From Prescottella defluvii (GTDB lineage: Bacteria > Actinomycetota > Actinomycetes > Mycobacteriales > Mycobacteriaceae): 64,000 nucleotides of DNA. The notes under the pieces were generated by a model. It was not told where the DNA came from and did no database searches. It worked only from the letters and a program-made list of their open reading frames with translations. The translations under genes were made by a program, and so were the position numbers. Within the stretch, counting starts at the first letter, position 1. Each line of letters begins with the position of its first letter. Below, one piece after another: positions 21,007 to 32,797 of the stretch. The stretch spans positions 4,481,872-4,545,871 of the forward strand of contig CP121458.1 in the NCBI GenBank assembly GCA_029690005.1, in the 5' to 3' direction.

Positions 21007-23797
21007 CCGTGGCGGCCACCCTGCCGGAGGCAGACCTCGCCGGCATCCGCGCGGCCATCGACAACGCCCGCCGCAGCCGGCACGAATCCGGGGTCATCGC
21101 CCTTGCCGCCCTTCCCCGTTGGGAGGGGCCCGATGTGGTGGACCTCGCCGGGCAGTCGGTGCGGGTGCGGACGGCCTCGTCGATTCTGGCGATCCGTGAC
21201 GCCCTCACCGAGCGGTCCCGGTACGACTGGGTGGTGGTCCTCACCGACCAGTCGGCCGCCGACCTGCCGGCCGGCGTCCGCGACCACCTCGTCGCCGGCA
21301 CACTGTCGAACCTGGACCCGTGGCCCATGCTCCGGGAGCTGTTCAAGGCCAACAAGCAGGAGTTCAACCTGCTCTCCCTCGACAACGGCGCCGCGCGGTC
21401 GGCGCTGCGGGAGCTCGACGAGACCGTGCCGCCCGCGCCGGGCGGCGTGCTCACCGGCGATCACCTCTTCGGATCCCTCGCGCATCGCAACTTCGGGTTG
21501 GCGCCCAACGAATTCACCCCGCACCAGGTGGCATTGTGGTCCACCGATCCAGAGTGCACAGCTCGGTTCGCCGCGTGGCAGTCCCGCGCCGAGGGCACCC
21601 TCCTCGACCAGTTCTATGTGTGGCTCGAACGCAAGCTCGGCCCACTCGGCCGCGCCATCACCCTGGTGTGGCGTAGCAGCGGGCCCGCGCAGCTGGTTCC
21701 ACTCGGTCTCGTCGCGGCGTTGATCGATGACTCCGCCACCGCTGCCACCGTTTTCCCGGCACCGGTCGACGTCACCGTGCGCGTGCGCACTCTGCTCGAG
21801 GTGGAGCTCGGTCACCAGGCCCTCACCGAGCAACAGCTCTCCGGGTGGGGCGACACCGCCACCCTGGCCGTGGCCGGCACCGACGTGCCCGACGAGACCC
21901 TCCGCCGGGCGGAGGATCTCGTCATCCGGCTACAGGCCACCGCGCTGGTGGGCCGATCCGACGTACTGCCATCGGCGCTCGCTCCGCGCATCGCACGCTT
22001 CGCCACCGCGCTTGCGGCCTCCAAAGAAACGGCCGCTGAGCACGCAGATACCCTGACCGCGGTCGAGAACGCCTGGGCCGACGTCACCGCGCACCGGCTC
22101 GCCCGCGCCGACCGGCCCGACGCACCCCGCGACGTGCGGGTCGGCGCGGCGGCCCTGCGCCTGCTGCGGTGGACTAGGCGCCCCAACCCGTCCCCGTCGA
22201 CTCTCGCCGACTGGCTGACGCTCTACCGCAGCGATCTGTCCTGGGTGGACGGCGCCGTCGACGAAACCTTCGTCGGTGCCGACGACTCGACGCTCGCCGC
22301 CGCCGCACACCACATTGCCCAATCGGTGCGTGCGCGCCGCGCCGCGCAGGACCGTGCCTTCGCCGGACTGCTCGCGTCCTCCGGTACCCGCCGCCTCACC
22401 GGACCCGGAACCCCCACCTACATCGAGGACGTCCTCGACACCGTCGTGCGCCCGCTGACCGCGCGTGCACACGGCTCCATCCAGGACGCGACTCCCTCAC
22501 CTGTGCTGCTGATCGTCGCCGACGGGATGAGTGCGTCCGCCGCGAACGAAGTGGTCGCAGATGCGTTGCGACGCAACCGCCCCCAGTGGCAAGAGTACGT
22601 CCCGGAGAACACCGAGCCGGTGACCGTCGCGCTGGCCGCGCTGCCGACGGTCACGGAGTTCTCCCGTTGTTCGTTGCTGTCCGGGATCCTGGCCCGCGGC
22701 GGACAGGTGGAGGAACGCGCCGGCTTCGCCACCTGGCTGGCCGGGCACGGTCTGCGTGGACAGGGACAGGTGCTCTTCCACAAGGCGGACCTCGAATCGG
22801 TCTCGCGCGGTAGTGCGCTCGCGGGGACGTGCGCAATGCCGTCGACGACACCACCCATCGGCCGGTGATCGCGTGCGTGCTCAACGACATCGACGACGCG
22901 CTCGACCGCTCCGACCCGATCGGAACGGTGTGGACCACAGACCGGTTCAAGCGCCTGGACGCCCTGCTGTCCGCTGCCGCCGCTGTCGGCCGCACTGTCG
23001 TCCTCGTCTCCGATCACGGCACGTTGTCGAACGTCGTGAGCAGCCGAGCGTGCAACGCGGCGACCAGATTTCGGCACGGTATCGTTTCGCCACCGGCGTC
23101 GATGCCGCGACGCTGCCGGCCGACGAGGTGCTCGTCGACGGACCTCGCGTGCTCACCGACGATCACCGCGCGGTCCTCGCGGTCGACGAACAGCTGCGCT
23201 ACACCGGGTTGAAGGCCGGCTACCACGGCGGTGCCGCGCTGGCCGAGGCCGCCATCCCGATCTCGATCCTCGTCAACGGCACTGCGCCTCGCCATCTCGG
23301 TCTCACCGAAGCGCCCGCACCGCAGCCCGTCTGGTGGGAACCCACCCGTGCGGCAGCTCCTGTTACCGCCGCCCCACCGCTACGCCGAAGCCGTCGAAGA
23401 AGGCGCCGGCCAAGGCGCCGGCACAGGTGGAGTCGCTGTTCGACTTTGGCGCCCGGCCACCGCCGAGCAGGCATCGGCCGCACCGGTCGGCGGGCGCGAC
23501 CGGGTCGCCGAGCTCCTCGCGACCGACCTGTTCACCCAGCAGTACAAGGTGTTCGGGCGGAAGATGGATCGCGACGCCGTCGCGACGCTGCTGCGCGAAT
23601 CGATCGACGGCCACGGGGTGCTTCCGCTGACCAGGGCCGCGCAGATCCTCGGAGTCAAAGCGTTCCGGGCCGGTCCGGCCGTGCAGGTGCTCGCGCAGGT
23701 CCTCAACACCGATGGCGTCGTCGTCCTCTCCGTGCATGGCACCGACGTCGAACTCGAGTCCGCGGCGCTGTTCGAGCAGTTCGGGGTCGCGCCGTGA
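21003..23797 (+). CDS. pglZ: BREX alkaline-phosphatase-superfamily protein PglZ, at least 3-4 frameshifts
   Basis: ATG overlaps the pglY stop (ATGA). Conserved [16 protein letters not shown] and VVLVSDHGT motifs. Frame switches near 22835 (ggggg to gggg), 23050, 23340, 23440. Ends ...FEQFGVAP*. Confidence 0.8.
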
Positions 23798-25086
23798 GCG
23801 GGCTGTCGCCGGTGCGCCGCCGGGAGATCCTGCAGTCGCTGCGTCAGGGCACCGTCCCGGACGGCAACCTCGACGTTCTCGCCGTCGGTATCGACCGGTT
23901 CGCGAGCACCGTGGACGCGGACCTCGACGCCGTCGCCGCGGGCGGTTCGCTGTTCAAGGCGGTCCGCGGCGAGTACGGCTCAGGCAAGACGTTCTTCTCC
24001 CGGTGGGTCGAGCAGCGCGCGATGCGCCGCGGCCTGGCCGTCGCCGAAGTACAGATCAGCGAACTCGAGACGCCGCTGCACAAACTGGAGACCGTGTACC
24101 GCCGCACCATCGAGGAACTGCGCACCTCGGCCTTCGCGAAGAGCGCGTTCCGGCCGGTCATCGACGCGTGGCTGTACGGGATCGAGGAGGACGCGGCCAC
24201 CGCCGCCGGGGTCGACGAAGCCACGTCGGCGCAGGTGGAAGAGCTGCTCGAACAGCGACTCGCGTCGGTGGCGACCGCCACCCCCGTGTACCCGATGGTG
24301 TTGCGCGCGTACCGCTCCGCGCTCGAACGGGAGGATGCCGCCACCGCCGACGCGCTCATCGCCTGGCTCGGCGGACAACCCCATGTCGGTGCTGCGGCGA
24401 AGCGCACCGCCGGGATCCGACAGGACGTCGACCACTTCCTCGCGATGGGCTTCCTGCAGGGTCTGCTCGCCGTCCTCAAGGGCGCCCGGCACCCCGGTCT
24501 CGTCCTCGTCATCGACGAGGTCGAGACCCTGCAGCGGATGCGCAGCGACTCTCGCGCCAAGGCCCTCAACGCGTTGCGGCAGTGGATCGACGAACTCGAC
24601 TCCGGCCGCTACCCCGGCCTGTACCTGATGATCACCGGCACACCGGCGTTCTTCGACGGCCGCTCCGGTGTACAGACGCTGCCGCCCCTGGCGCAGCGGC
24701 TGCACACCGACTTCGGCACCGACGCCCGCTTCGACAACCCGCGCGCGCCGCAAATCCGGCTCACCGGCTTCGACCTGGACCGGCTCGTCGAGGTCGGCAT
24801 CCGCGTGCGGGACGTCTACGCCGACGGCTCCGCCGCTCCCGAACGGGTGTGCCGCCTCGTCGACGACGCCTATCTGCGCGACCTGGCGTCCGCGGTCGCC
24901 GGTGAACTGGGCGGGAAGGTCGGCGTCTCGCCACGGCTGTTCCTCAAGAAGCTCGTCGCCGACGTCCTCGACCGCGTCGACCAGTTCCCCGATTTCGATC
25001 CGCGGCAGCACTATTCGCTCACCATCGCGGACACCGAGAAGGCGGAGGCGCTACGCGCCGCCACCGCCGACGAGGTGGAGCTGTGA
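23794..25086 (+). CDS. brxD: BREX ATP-binding protein BrxD (DUF2791 P-loop)
   Basis: GTG overlaps the pglZ stop (GTGA). Walker A RGEYGSGKTFFS. Walker B LVLVIDEVE. About 430 aa. Intact. Confidence 0.8.
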   Translation: MSGLSPVRRREILQSLRQGTVPDGNLDVLAVGIDRFASTVDADLDAVAAGGSLFKAVRGEYGSGKTFFSRWVEQRAMRRGLAVAEVQISELETPLHKLETVYRRTIEELRTSAFAKSAFRPVIDAWLYGIEEDAATAAGVDEATSAQVEELLEQRLASVATATPVYPMVLRAYRSALEREDAATADALIAWLGGQPHVGAAAKRTAGIRQDVDHFLAMGFLQGLLAVLKGARHPGLVLVIDEVETLQRMRSDSRAKALNALRQWIDELDSGRYPGLYLMITGTPAFFDGRSGVQTLPPLAQRLHTDFGTDARFDNPRAPQIRLTGFDLDRLVEVGIRVRDVYADGSAAPERVCRLVDDAYLRDLASAVAGELGGKVGVSPRLFLKKLVADVLDRVDQFPDFDPRQHYSLTIADTEKAEALRAATADEVEL

Positions 25087-27200
25087 CGGCCGGCTTCGAC
25101 CAGCTCGATCCGGTACTCCAGCACCACATCGTCAACTCGCTCGGCTGGCCAGGCCTGCGTCCACTACAGGACGAATCGATTGCCCCGATCACGGCGGGCT
25201 CGGACGCGATCCTGCTGGCACCCACCGCCGGCGGCAAGACCGAGGCCGCGATGTTCCCACTCCTGACCCGCATGCAGGAGCAGCGATGGCACGGATCTCC
25301 GGCGTCTGCCTGTGCCCACTCAAGGCACTGCTCAACAACCTCCAGCCGCGGATCGCCGAGTACGCCGCGTGGATGGGTCGCGGCGCCATGACGTGGCACG
25401 GGGATGTCGGTCAGTCCGTTCGTGACCGGATCAAGCGGGACCGTCCCGACGTCCTACTCACCACCCCGGATCCTTCGAGTCGATGCTCGTATCCGAAAGC
25501 GTCGACGCGTCAGAGGTTCTCGGTGGCGTGCAGGCCGTGGTGGTCGACGAGGTCCACGCCTTCGCCGGCGACGACCGCGGCTGGCACCTGTTGGCCGTGC
25601 TCGCCCGGCTCGAGTCGCTGCTCGGCCGGAAGCTGCAACGAGTCGGGATGTCCGCCACTGTCGGCAATCCCGACGAGCTACTCGGCTGGCTGCAGGGCGG
25701 CCGCACCTCCCCTGGCCGGGTGATCGCGCCGGCGGTGGCCGGCGGCACGGTGGTCCCGAGATCACCGTCGACTCGGCTCGGCAGCGTTGAGAACGCCGCG
25801 AAGGTCATCGCCGCGCTACACGCCGGCGAGAAACGACTGGTGTTCGTCGACTCACGCCGGCTCGCCGAGGAACTCGGAACGATGCTGCGAGGCCGTGGGA
25901 TTACGACGTTCGTCTCCCGACTCGTCGCTGTCTGCCGCGGAACGACGCGAATCGGAGCAGGCGTTCGCCGAGGCCCGCGACTGCGTCATCGTCGCCACTT
26001 CGACGCTTCGAGCTCGGCATCGACGTCGGCGACCTCGATCGGGTCATCCAGATCAACGCGCCGCGCACGGTGTCGTCGTTCCTGCAGCGTCTCGGCCGCA
26101 CGGGCCGACGACCCGGTAGCACCCGCAACCGCCTCTTCCTCGGCGTCACCGACGAGGCGGTGCTCAGCACGCTCGGGACGCCGCAGTGCTGGTCCACCGG
26201 CTGGGCTCGAACCCGTCGTCGCGACACCCGAACCGCGCCACATCGCGGCGCAGCAGATCCTCGCGTCGGCGCTGCAGACCCGACGGGCGCCGCTCGACGG
26301 GTGGCAGGACACGTGGGGTTCCTTGCCGCTCTTCGGATCCGACGGCCACGAGATCTTCGACTACCTCTTGGAAGAGCGCTTCCTCGAACACGATCGGGCA
26401 CCGCCTTCATCGGGCCCGAGGCAGAGAAGCACTTCGGGCGCCGCCACTTCATGGAGCTACTCGCCGTCTTCGCTGCAGCACCGGAGTTCAAGGTCTTCGC
26501 GGGACGCCAGGAAATTGGATCGGTCGAGACCAGCGTGCTCACCGACGAGATCGAAGGACCACGCGTCTTGCTGCTCGGCGGCCGGTCCTGGAAGGTCACC
26601 CACATCGACTGGAAGCGGCGTCAGGTGTTCGTGGAGAACACCGATCTCCAGGGTCGCGCGAAGTGGATGTCGCTGCCAGACGGCGCGTCGTTCGAGATCA
26701 CCCGCGGCGTGCGCGAGGTTCTCCTCGGCACCCAACCGGCCGGAGTGACCCTCACCCGGCGGACCGCCGCCACGTTGGAGGACGTGCGCCTGCAACGCGC
26801 CGACCACGTCACCGATGGCGCCTTCGTCATTGCGCGCGACGGACGCGACGACTGGTGGTGGTGGACATGGGCCGGAGCGAAGGCCAACCGCACCCTCGCC
26901 GCATGGGCGCCGGACCTCATCCCGCCCCGTCAGCGCATCGGCGCGGAATCGCTTCGTCTGCACAGCGATCTGTCGGTCGAAGACATTCGGCGCGGGCTCG
27001 CAGCGCTGCGCGCGCCGGGTATCGAGCGTCCGCTTCCGCTGGTGGACAAGAACGCGCTCAAGGGGCTGAAGTTCTCCGCGGCGCTGCCGGAAAGGTTGGC
27101 CCGGCGCACACTCGCGGCCAGAACCGTCAACAAGCCGGCAGCCGAAACCGTCATCCACGAGAAGGCGCAGATCGTCAACCATCCGACGTCGCAACACTGA
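25083..27200 (+). CDS. brxHI: BREX Lhr-like DEAD/DEAH helicase BrxHI, at least 5 frameshifts
   Basis: GTG overlaps the brxD stop. Motifs LLAPTAGGKTEAAMFP (I), VVVDEVHAF (II), MSATVGNP (III), QRLGRTGRRPG (VI). Segments spread over all three frames (25083-25391, 24668-25723, 25483-26748, 25787-26119, 26070-27200). Confidence 0.75.
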
Positions 27201-27354
27201 CCTCGCCGCTCGCTGCCCGTGACGACTTCGTGTCGTCCATGTCCGATATCCTTCACCTCGCGGCCCGACGGACTTCCGCTGTGATTCACAGCCACGGACA
27301 CGCCCCCACCCGCACGACTGGATCCGCGCTGCCCGGGGGACCCGACCGTCGACC

Positions 27355-29226
27355 TTGCTTCGTACGTCGGCGAAACGCGTCGCCGGCATCGCTCGTCCCG
27401 ACTCGCTGGTCGAACAATTGTCGGAGCAGATGCTGTTCACCACCGGACGCCGTGCGAGCGAAGCGGAACAGAAGTCCTGGGACGTAGCCTGCCGGTCTTC
27501 GCCCGCGATCTCGTCGATGTGGGGCTGGGCGATGTCGAGATGCTCATCGAGTACCACCTGCCGTTGACGTCACAGCGTGCCGACGTCGTCCTCGCCGGCG
27601 TCCACCCCGATACCGGCGCACCCTCGTACGTGGTGGTCGAGCTCAAGCAGTGGTCGTCGGCGTATCGGTTCGAGGACAGCCCCGAGCTCGTCGAGGTTCC
27701 CGGCATGCCGGGCGGACCTGGCTGCACCCGGTCGCTCAGGTCAAGGGCTACTGCGACTACCTCGGCGACTTCGCGAAGGCCGTCGCCGATCAGCCCGACG
27801 CGCTCGCCGGCATGGCGTATCTGCACAACGCGACCGACCCGTCATCGGTGTCCGACCTTCGCGGTTTCCCGGTCAGCGTCACCGGCCGGCTGTTCACGGC
27901 CGCCGACCGGGACGACATGGCCGCGTTCCTCCGCTCGCGTCTCTCCGTCTCCGCCGCCGGTCACGCCGCAGGCGACACCCTGATGCGGTCCGCTGTTGCG
28001 CCGTCGCAACAGCTGCTCAAGGTCGCAGCGGCGGAGGTCCGGGAGCGGCCCCAGTTCCATCTGCTCGGGAACCAGCAGCTGGCCGTCGACCTCGTGCTGC
28101 ACGCCGTAGAGCACGCCCGCTCCGCCGACAGCAAGCGGATCGTGGTCGTCACCGGCGGACCGGGCAGCGGCAAGAGCGTCATCGCGTTGTCCCTGGTCGG
28201 CGAGCTCGCCCGCCGAGGCCGGACCGTGCTGCACGCCACCGGTTCCCGGTCCTTCACCCAGACCCTGCGCAAGGTCGCCGGCCACCGGGCGCCGCGCGTG
28301 CAGAAAATGTTCAAGTACTTCAACCAGTTCATCACGGCCGAGCGCAACGGTCTCGACGTCCTGGTACTGGACGAGGCCCACCGGATCCGTGAGACCTCCG
28401 TCGACCGTTACACCCGGGCCGAACTGCGTACCGATCGCCCGCAGATCGACGAACTGATCTCCGCCGCACGTGTTCCGGTCTTCCTGCTCGACGAACACCA
28501 GATCGTGCGCCCCGGCGAGATGGGCTCGCTCGAACAGATTCAGCGCCACGCCGAGTCCCTCGGTCTCGAGGTGCAGCATGTGCAGTTGGACGAGCAGTTC
28601 CGCTGCGGCGGCAGCGAGGAGTATGTGCTGTGGGTGAAGCGCCTGCTGGGGCTTGCCGAGGGCGGCCCGGTCCCGTGGAAGGGCGATCCGCAGTTCTCCG
28701 TCCGCGTCGCCGACAGCCCGCAGGAGCTCGAGCACCTGCTGACCCAGCAGATGACGAACGGGTACGGCGCACGCATCACCGCCGGCTACTGCTGGCCGTG
28801 GAGCGACGCCCGGAAGGACGGAACTCGGTCCCGGACGTCGTCATCGACGATTGGGCACGGCCGTGGAACAGCAAGAGCGACAGACGGATCGGCGACGCTC
28901 CCCCGTCGGCGTTGTGGGCGACGGAGGACGGCGGATTCGACCAGGTCGGGTGCGTCTACACCGCGCAAGGATTCGAGTACGACTGGAACGGGGTCATCCT
29001 CGGGCCGGATCTGGTCTGGCGGGATGGACGGTTCACGACGGTACGCGCGGCGAACCGTGATCCCGACTTCAAGAACTCGAAGAAGGTCAGCGACCTCCGT
29101 TTCGACAAGCTGGTGCGCAACGTCTACAAGGTGCTGTTGACGCGCGGCATGGTCGGCACGGTCATCTATTCGACGGACGAACAGACGAGGGATGCGCTGC
29201 GCGCATTGATCACCGAATCCCGCTGA
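27355..29226 (+). CDS. DUF2075-family protein (N-terminal restriction-endonuclease-like module plus P-loop ATPase), at least 3 frameshifts
   Basis: DVEMLIEYHLPLTSQRADVVLAG...YVVVELKQWS (N-terminal nuclease-like). GGPGSGKSVIAL Walker A. VLVLDEAHRI Walker B. FLLDEHQ. Conserved C-terminus YTAQGFEYDWNGVILGPDLVWRD...VYKVLLTRGMVGTVIY. Pieces in frames 1 (27355), 3 (27519), 2 (27650), 1 (28630). Confidence 0.65.
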
Positions 29227-29304
29227 CTCCTCCAGCGAGACGAACCGAACACCACTCACGAGCACGGCCCGACAGGCTTCCGCGACAGGACATGCCTCCA
29301 CCCG

Positions 29305-30177
29305 GTGCGATCCCGGATAGGCACATGGGCTTTGACCAGTTGGATTGTCAAGATCGGCGAAGAGACACCACAGCACTGGAATTTCGCACGTGACGACAGG
29401 CTGTGGGATGTCCGGCGGCCCGGGTTCTTCAACAGAATCGAACCCGGCGACGACATCGATTTCTGGCTATCGAAGACTGGATTCGTGTCGTGGGTACGTG
29501 CAACGACATCGCTGTACCCCGTTCGTCCGGGGTCCCGACCTGCCAGGTGGGTCGACAACCACACCGGGCAGTACACCCATCGATTCGAGTTCGAAGTAGT
29601 CAGTGAGGACGTTCCTCACCTCGCGTCCTGGAGCGAAGTCAGGAAGGCCGGCGGCAAGAAGTACGCCGCACAGTCACCGGCAAACGAAGTCTCTGAGCCG
29701 GACGCCGAGGTATTCTTGCGGGCACAGTTCGGTCACCAGATCGACGTTGTCTTTCCCAATGTGCCGGTCGCATACGAACCCGGAGATGACACACGCGAGC
29801 GAGCGGAACGGCAGATCACACTGCGGCGGGGACAAGCCCGCTTTCGGAACAAGCTGATCGTCGCCTACAGCGGTACCTGCGCGGTCACCGAATCGACGGT
29901 CACCTCAGTACTCGAGGCTGCGCACATCGACCGGTACTACGGACCGCACACCAACCAAGTAACCAATGGCCTGCTTCTGCGTTCGGATATCCATACGCTG
30001 TTCGACCTGCGACACCTCACCGTCTCCAGCGCCATGACAGTGCTCCTGGCACCTTGGCTTCGCGAGACTGAGTACGGGCCACTTCACGGCCGGGATGTCC
30101 GGATGCCGGCCGATATCAAGGCATACCCTGACGTCGACGCCCTGGAGCGGCACCGACGATCCTGCGAGTGGGCGTAG
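29305..30177 (+). CDS. PUA-like (EVE-type) N-domain fused to HNH nuclease (PF13391-like): candidate modification-dependent (type IV) restriction enzyme
   Basis: N-terminus WIVKIGEETPQHWNFARDDRLWDV...IEPGDDIDFWLS...FVSWVRATTSLYPV is EVE/PUA-like. C-terminus YSGTCAVTESTVTSVLEAAHIDRYYGPHTNQVTNGLLLRSDIHTLFD is HNH. Intact. AT-richer than the island core. Confidence 0.7.
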   Translation: MRSRIGTWALTSWIVKIGEETPQHWNFARDDRLWDVRRPGFFNRIEPGDDIDFWLSKTGFVSWVRATTSLYPVRPGSRPARWVDNHTGQYTHRFEFEVVSEDVPHLASWSEVRKAGGKKYAAQSPANEVSEPDAEVFLRAQFGHQIDVVFPNVPVAYEPGDDTRERAERQITLRRGQARFRNKLIVAYSGTCAVTESTVTSVLEAAHIDRYYGPHTNQVTNGLLLRSDIHTLFDLRHLTVSSAMTVLLAPWLRETEYGPLHGRDVRMPADIKAYPDVDALERHRRSCEWA

Positions 30178-30206
30178 ACACAAGGTCTGTGGAGCACGGT
30201 GTTCAT

Positions 30207-31133
30207 GCCCCGACCTACCCCGCAGTCTGAAATTCCTTGTAGCTGATCTCCAGCAACCCACGGTCCGGCCGCTCGGACGCCTTGGTAGGCAGAACCATCA
30301 AACGCTCGCCATGCCGCTCCTTGAGGCCATGTTCGAGCATCGGTCCGTCGATCTCGGCGAGTAGATCCTCGCGGATTTGGACGACGTAGTCGGTGTTATC
30401 CCGAGGATCCTGACATCAAACGCAGCATGATGAATCTTGCACAGCGCCAAACCATTCCGCACAGATGCGATCCCAGCATCATGCCCGTCAGACACGATAT
30501 GAGCCGCGTCGAGCAGCGAGCCGTGCGCGAGCGAACAGACGGCGCAACGCGTCTCGTACGCGCGCATCACCGTCGCACGGAAGACCGGCTGGTGTAGCCG
30601 TCGCTTCGTCTCGGCCACCACGTACCTGCGCAAGGTCTCTCGGCCCGCGAATCAGGTCGATGCAGATCGCGCGATGCGTCGATCGCAACGACGAACTGAT
30701 GCTTGTCGGGTTCCTCGTCGACGAGATACACCGGGTAGATAGGTTGATAGCGGCCGACGCCCACCCCATAGAACCAGATCAGCGGCACCTGCTGGTTCAT
30801 CGCCGCCCGGAGACCTCGGTTGTCCATGTGCTCGGGATCGGTCCCGGACCATTTGTATCGCAGGAATCCGTCGCCCCCGACCTCGTCCTCGTACGGTCGC
30901 GCCGCCCCTTCGGCCCGGTAGGTGGTCATGATCGACAGCGCGGAACTCAACTCCCGCGGCTTCCGGATACCTCGTGTCGGGTCGACGAGGCGGAACATCT
31001 TGCCGTCGAACGTGAAGTCGAGGAGTTCGTCGCGGGTGACGGAGTCCAACCCATCGTTGGTTCGCAGCGTCAGGAACCGCATCGCTTCTTGCCTCAGGCG
31101 AGCATCATCACTCGGCCCCATCACCGCCGCCAC
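30207..31133 (-). CDS. COG3440-like predicted restriction endonuclease (N-terminal domain plus C-terminal HNH), two 1-bp frameshifts
   Basis: N-terminus GDGFLRYKWSGTDPEHMDNRGLRAAMNQQVPLIWFYGV. HNH CAVCSLAHGSLLDAAHIVSDGHDAGIASVRNGLALCKIHHAAFD. After correcting a C-run deletion near 30395 the frame continues ...ITPDYVVQIREDLLAEIDGPMLEHGLKERHGERLMVLPTKASERPDRGLLEISYKEFQTAG*. Second shift near 30600. Convergent with the previous gene. Confidence 0.6.
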
Positions 31134-31913
31134 TCAAAGTCCTCCCGATTCGCACAAGTGGGTCGAAGGCTATCCCGCCGGGCTGACAACGATTGCTACA
31201 GACGTTGGGAGACCCGCTACCTAACCGACTCGCGAGATCCGGTCCGCGATACCGTGGACACCCACCGAACACCGACTTTGCAGCGCCCGAACCGTAGATC
31301 CGGCCGGCGCCGGACAGGGGAATGATGACCGACCACGACACCACCGACCAGCCACTGCAGCTCGATGGCGCGTTCGCGATCGCGACCGACAGCCGCGACC
31401 AGCTGCACGACCTGTGTGTCCGCACGCTGACCGAGCTGCTGGGCAGCGCGCCGGAGGTTGACGAGGACGGCGACATCGCGGTCCCGGTCCACGGCTTCGG
31501 GCTCTACGTGACGGTCGCCGAGGACGGCCCGCAGCTGCACGTGTGGGCGTCGGTCCTCTCCGAGCTCGGTGACGGTGCCGCCGCCGCGCAGAACCTGCCG
31601 GAGCTCTCGGCCGAGTGGCCGCGCCTGCGCTTCACGATCGAGGACGGGCACCTGCTCGGTCTCGACGCTCGTCGACGCCGACCCGTTCGCTCCGCAGCAC
31701 CTGATCAACCTGGTCGACGAGATCCACGAGCTCACCCACGACCTGGACGACGACTTCGCCGCCAAGTTCGGCGGCGCCCTCGAGCTGCGACGCCGACGAC
31801 GACTCCTACGCCGGCGGGTGCGGCGGCTGCGGCGACGACTGCGCCTGCGGCGGACACGACGCCGGCGACCTCGGGGAAACGATCCCGTCGGACAGCCGTC
31901 GAACTGACGCTCG

Positions 31914-32797
31914 CTACTTCTCGGCCGGCTGGGCGTTCGCTCGCACCGACGTCCAGCCGGCGATGAGCGACTCCATGTCGCTCCGCCCCCGCAACGCCGG
32001 CATCTCCGCGCTCGTCGACGGCGCGGGCACCGCATCGCCGGCCAGGAACGGCCGAATGAGGTCGATCGGTACGGGGAAGACGACCGTCGAGGTGCTCTCC
32101 CGCCCAACTCCCCCAGCGTCTGCAGGTAGCGCAGCTGCAGGGTGGTCGGATTGCGGCTGATGACGTCTGCGGCCTCGGCGAGTCGGGCCGACGCCTGGAA
32201 CTCGGCTTCCGCGTTGATGATCTTGGCGCGGCGTTCGCGCTCGGCCTCCGCCTGCCGCGCGATGGCCCGCTGCATGTTGACCGGGATCTCGACGTCCTTG
32301 ATCTCCACGGTTGTGACCTTCACGCCCCACGGTTCGGTCTGCTGGTCGATCACTTTCTGCAGGTCCTCGTTGAGCCGCTCCCGCTCCGCCAGCAGGGAGT
32401 CCAGTTCGGCCTTGCCGAGCACCGACCGTAGCGTCGTCTGCGCGATCTGCGACGTCGCCGCGAAGTAGTCCTCCACGCCGACAATCGCGCGATTGGCGTC
32501 CACGACCCGGAAGTACGCGACGGCGGTGACCTTCACCGGCACGTTGTCTCGGGTGATCACCTCCTGCATGGGGACGTTCAGCGTGACGGTCCGCAGGCTC
32601 ACTCGCACCATTCGGTCCACGGCCGGAATCAGCAGCACGAAGCCCGGCCCCCGTAGCTCGACGAGGCGCCCGAGCCGGAACAGCACGCCCCGCTCGTACT
32701 CGCGCAGCACCCGGATCGCGGCCGACGCAACAATGACAGCCAGCAGGGCGACGACGATGACGGCAAGGATGATGGTGGTCAACATGGCAGCTCCCAC
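31914..32797 (-). CDS. SPFH/band-7 (stomatin-like) protein, one frameshift near 32130
   Basis: N-terminal TM then [69 protein letters not shown]...[18 protein letters not shown]-terminus ...[12 protein letters not shown]... recovered in a second frame. Confidence 0.75.

Noticed and set aside
31217-32797. 526-aa ORF suggesting a long SPFH fusion protein
   Set aside because: The C-terminal 300 aa are Arg/Ser low-complexity produced by a frameshift. The true C-terminus is recovered in the 31914-32804 frame.
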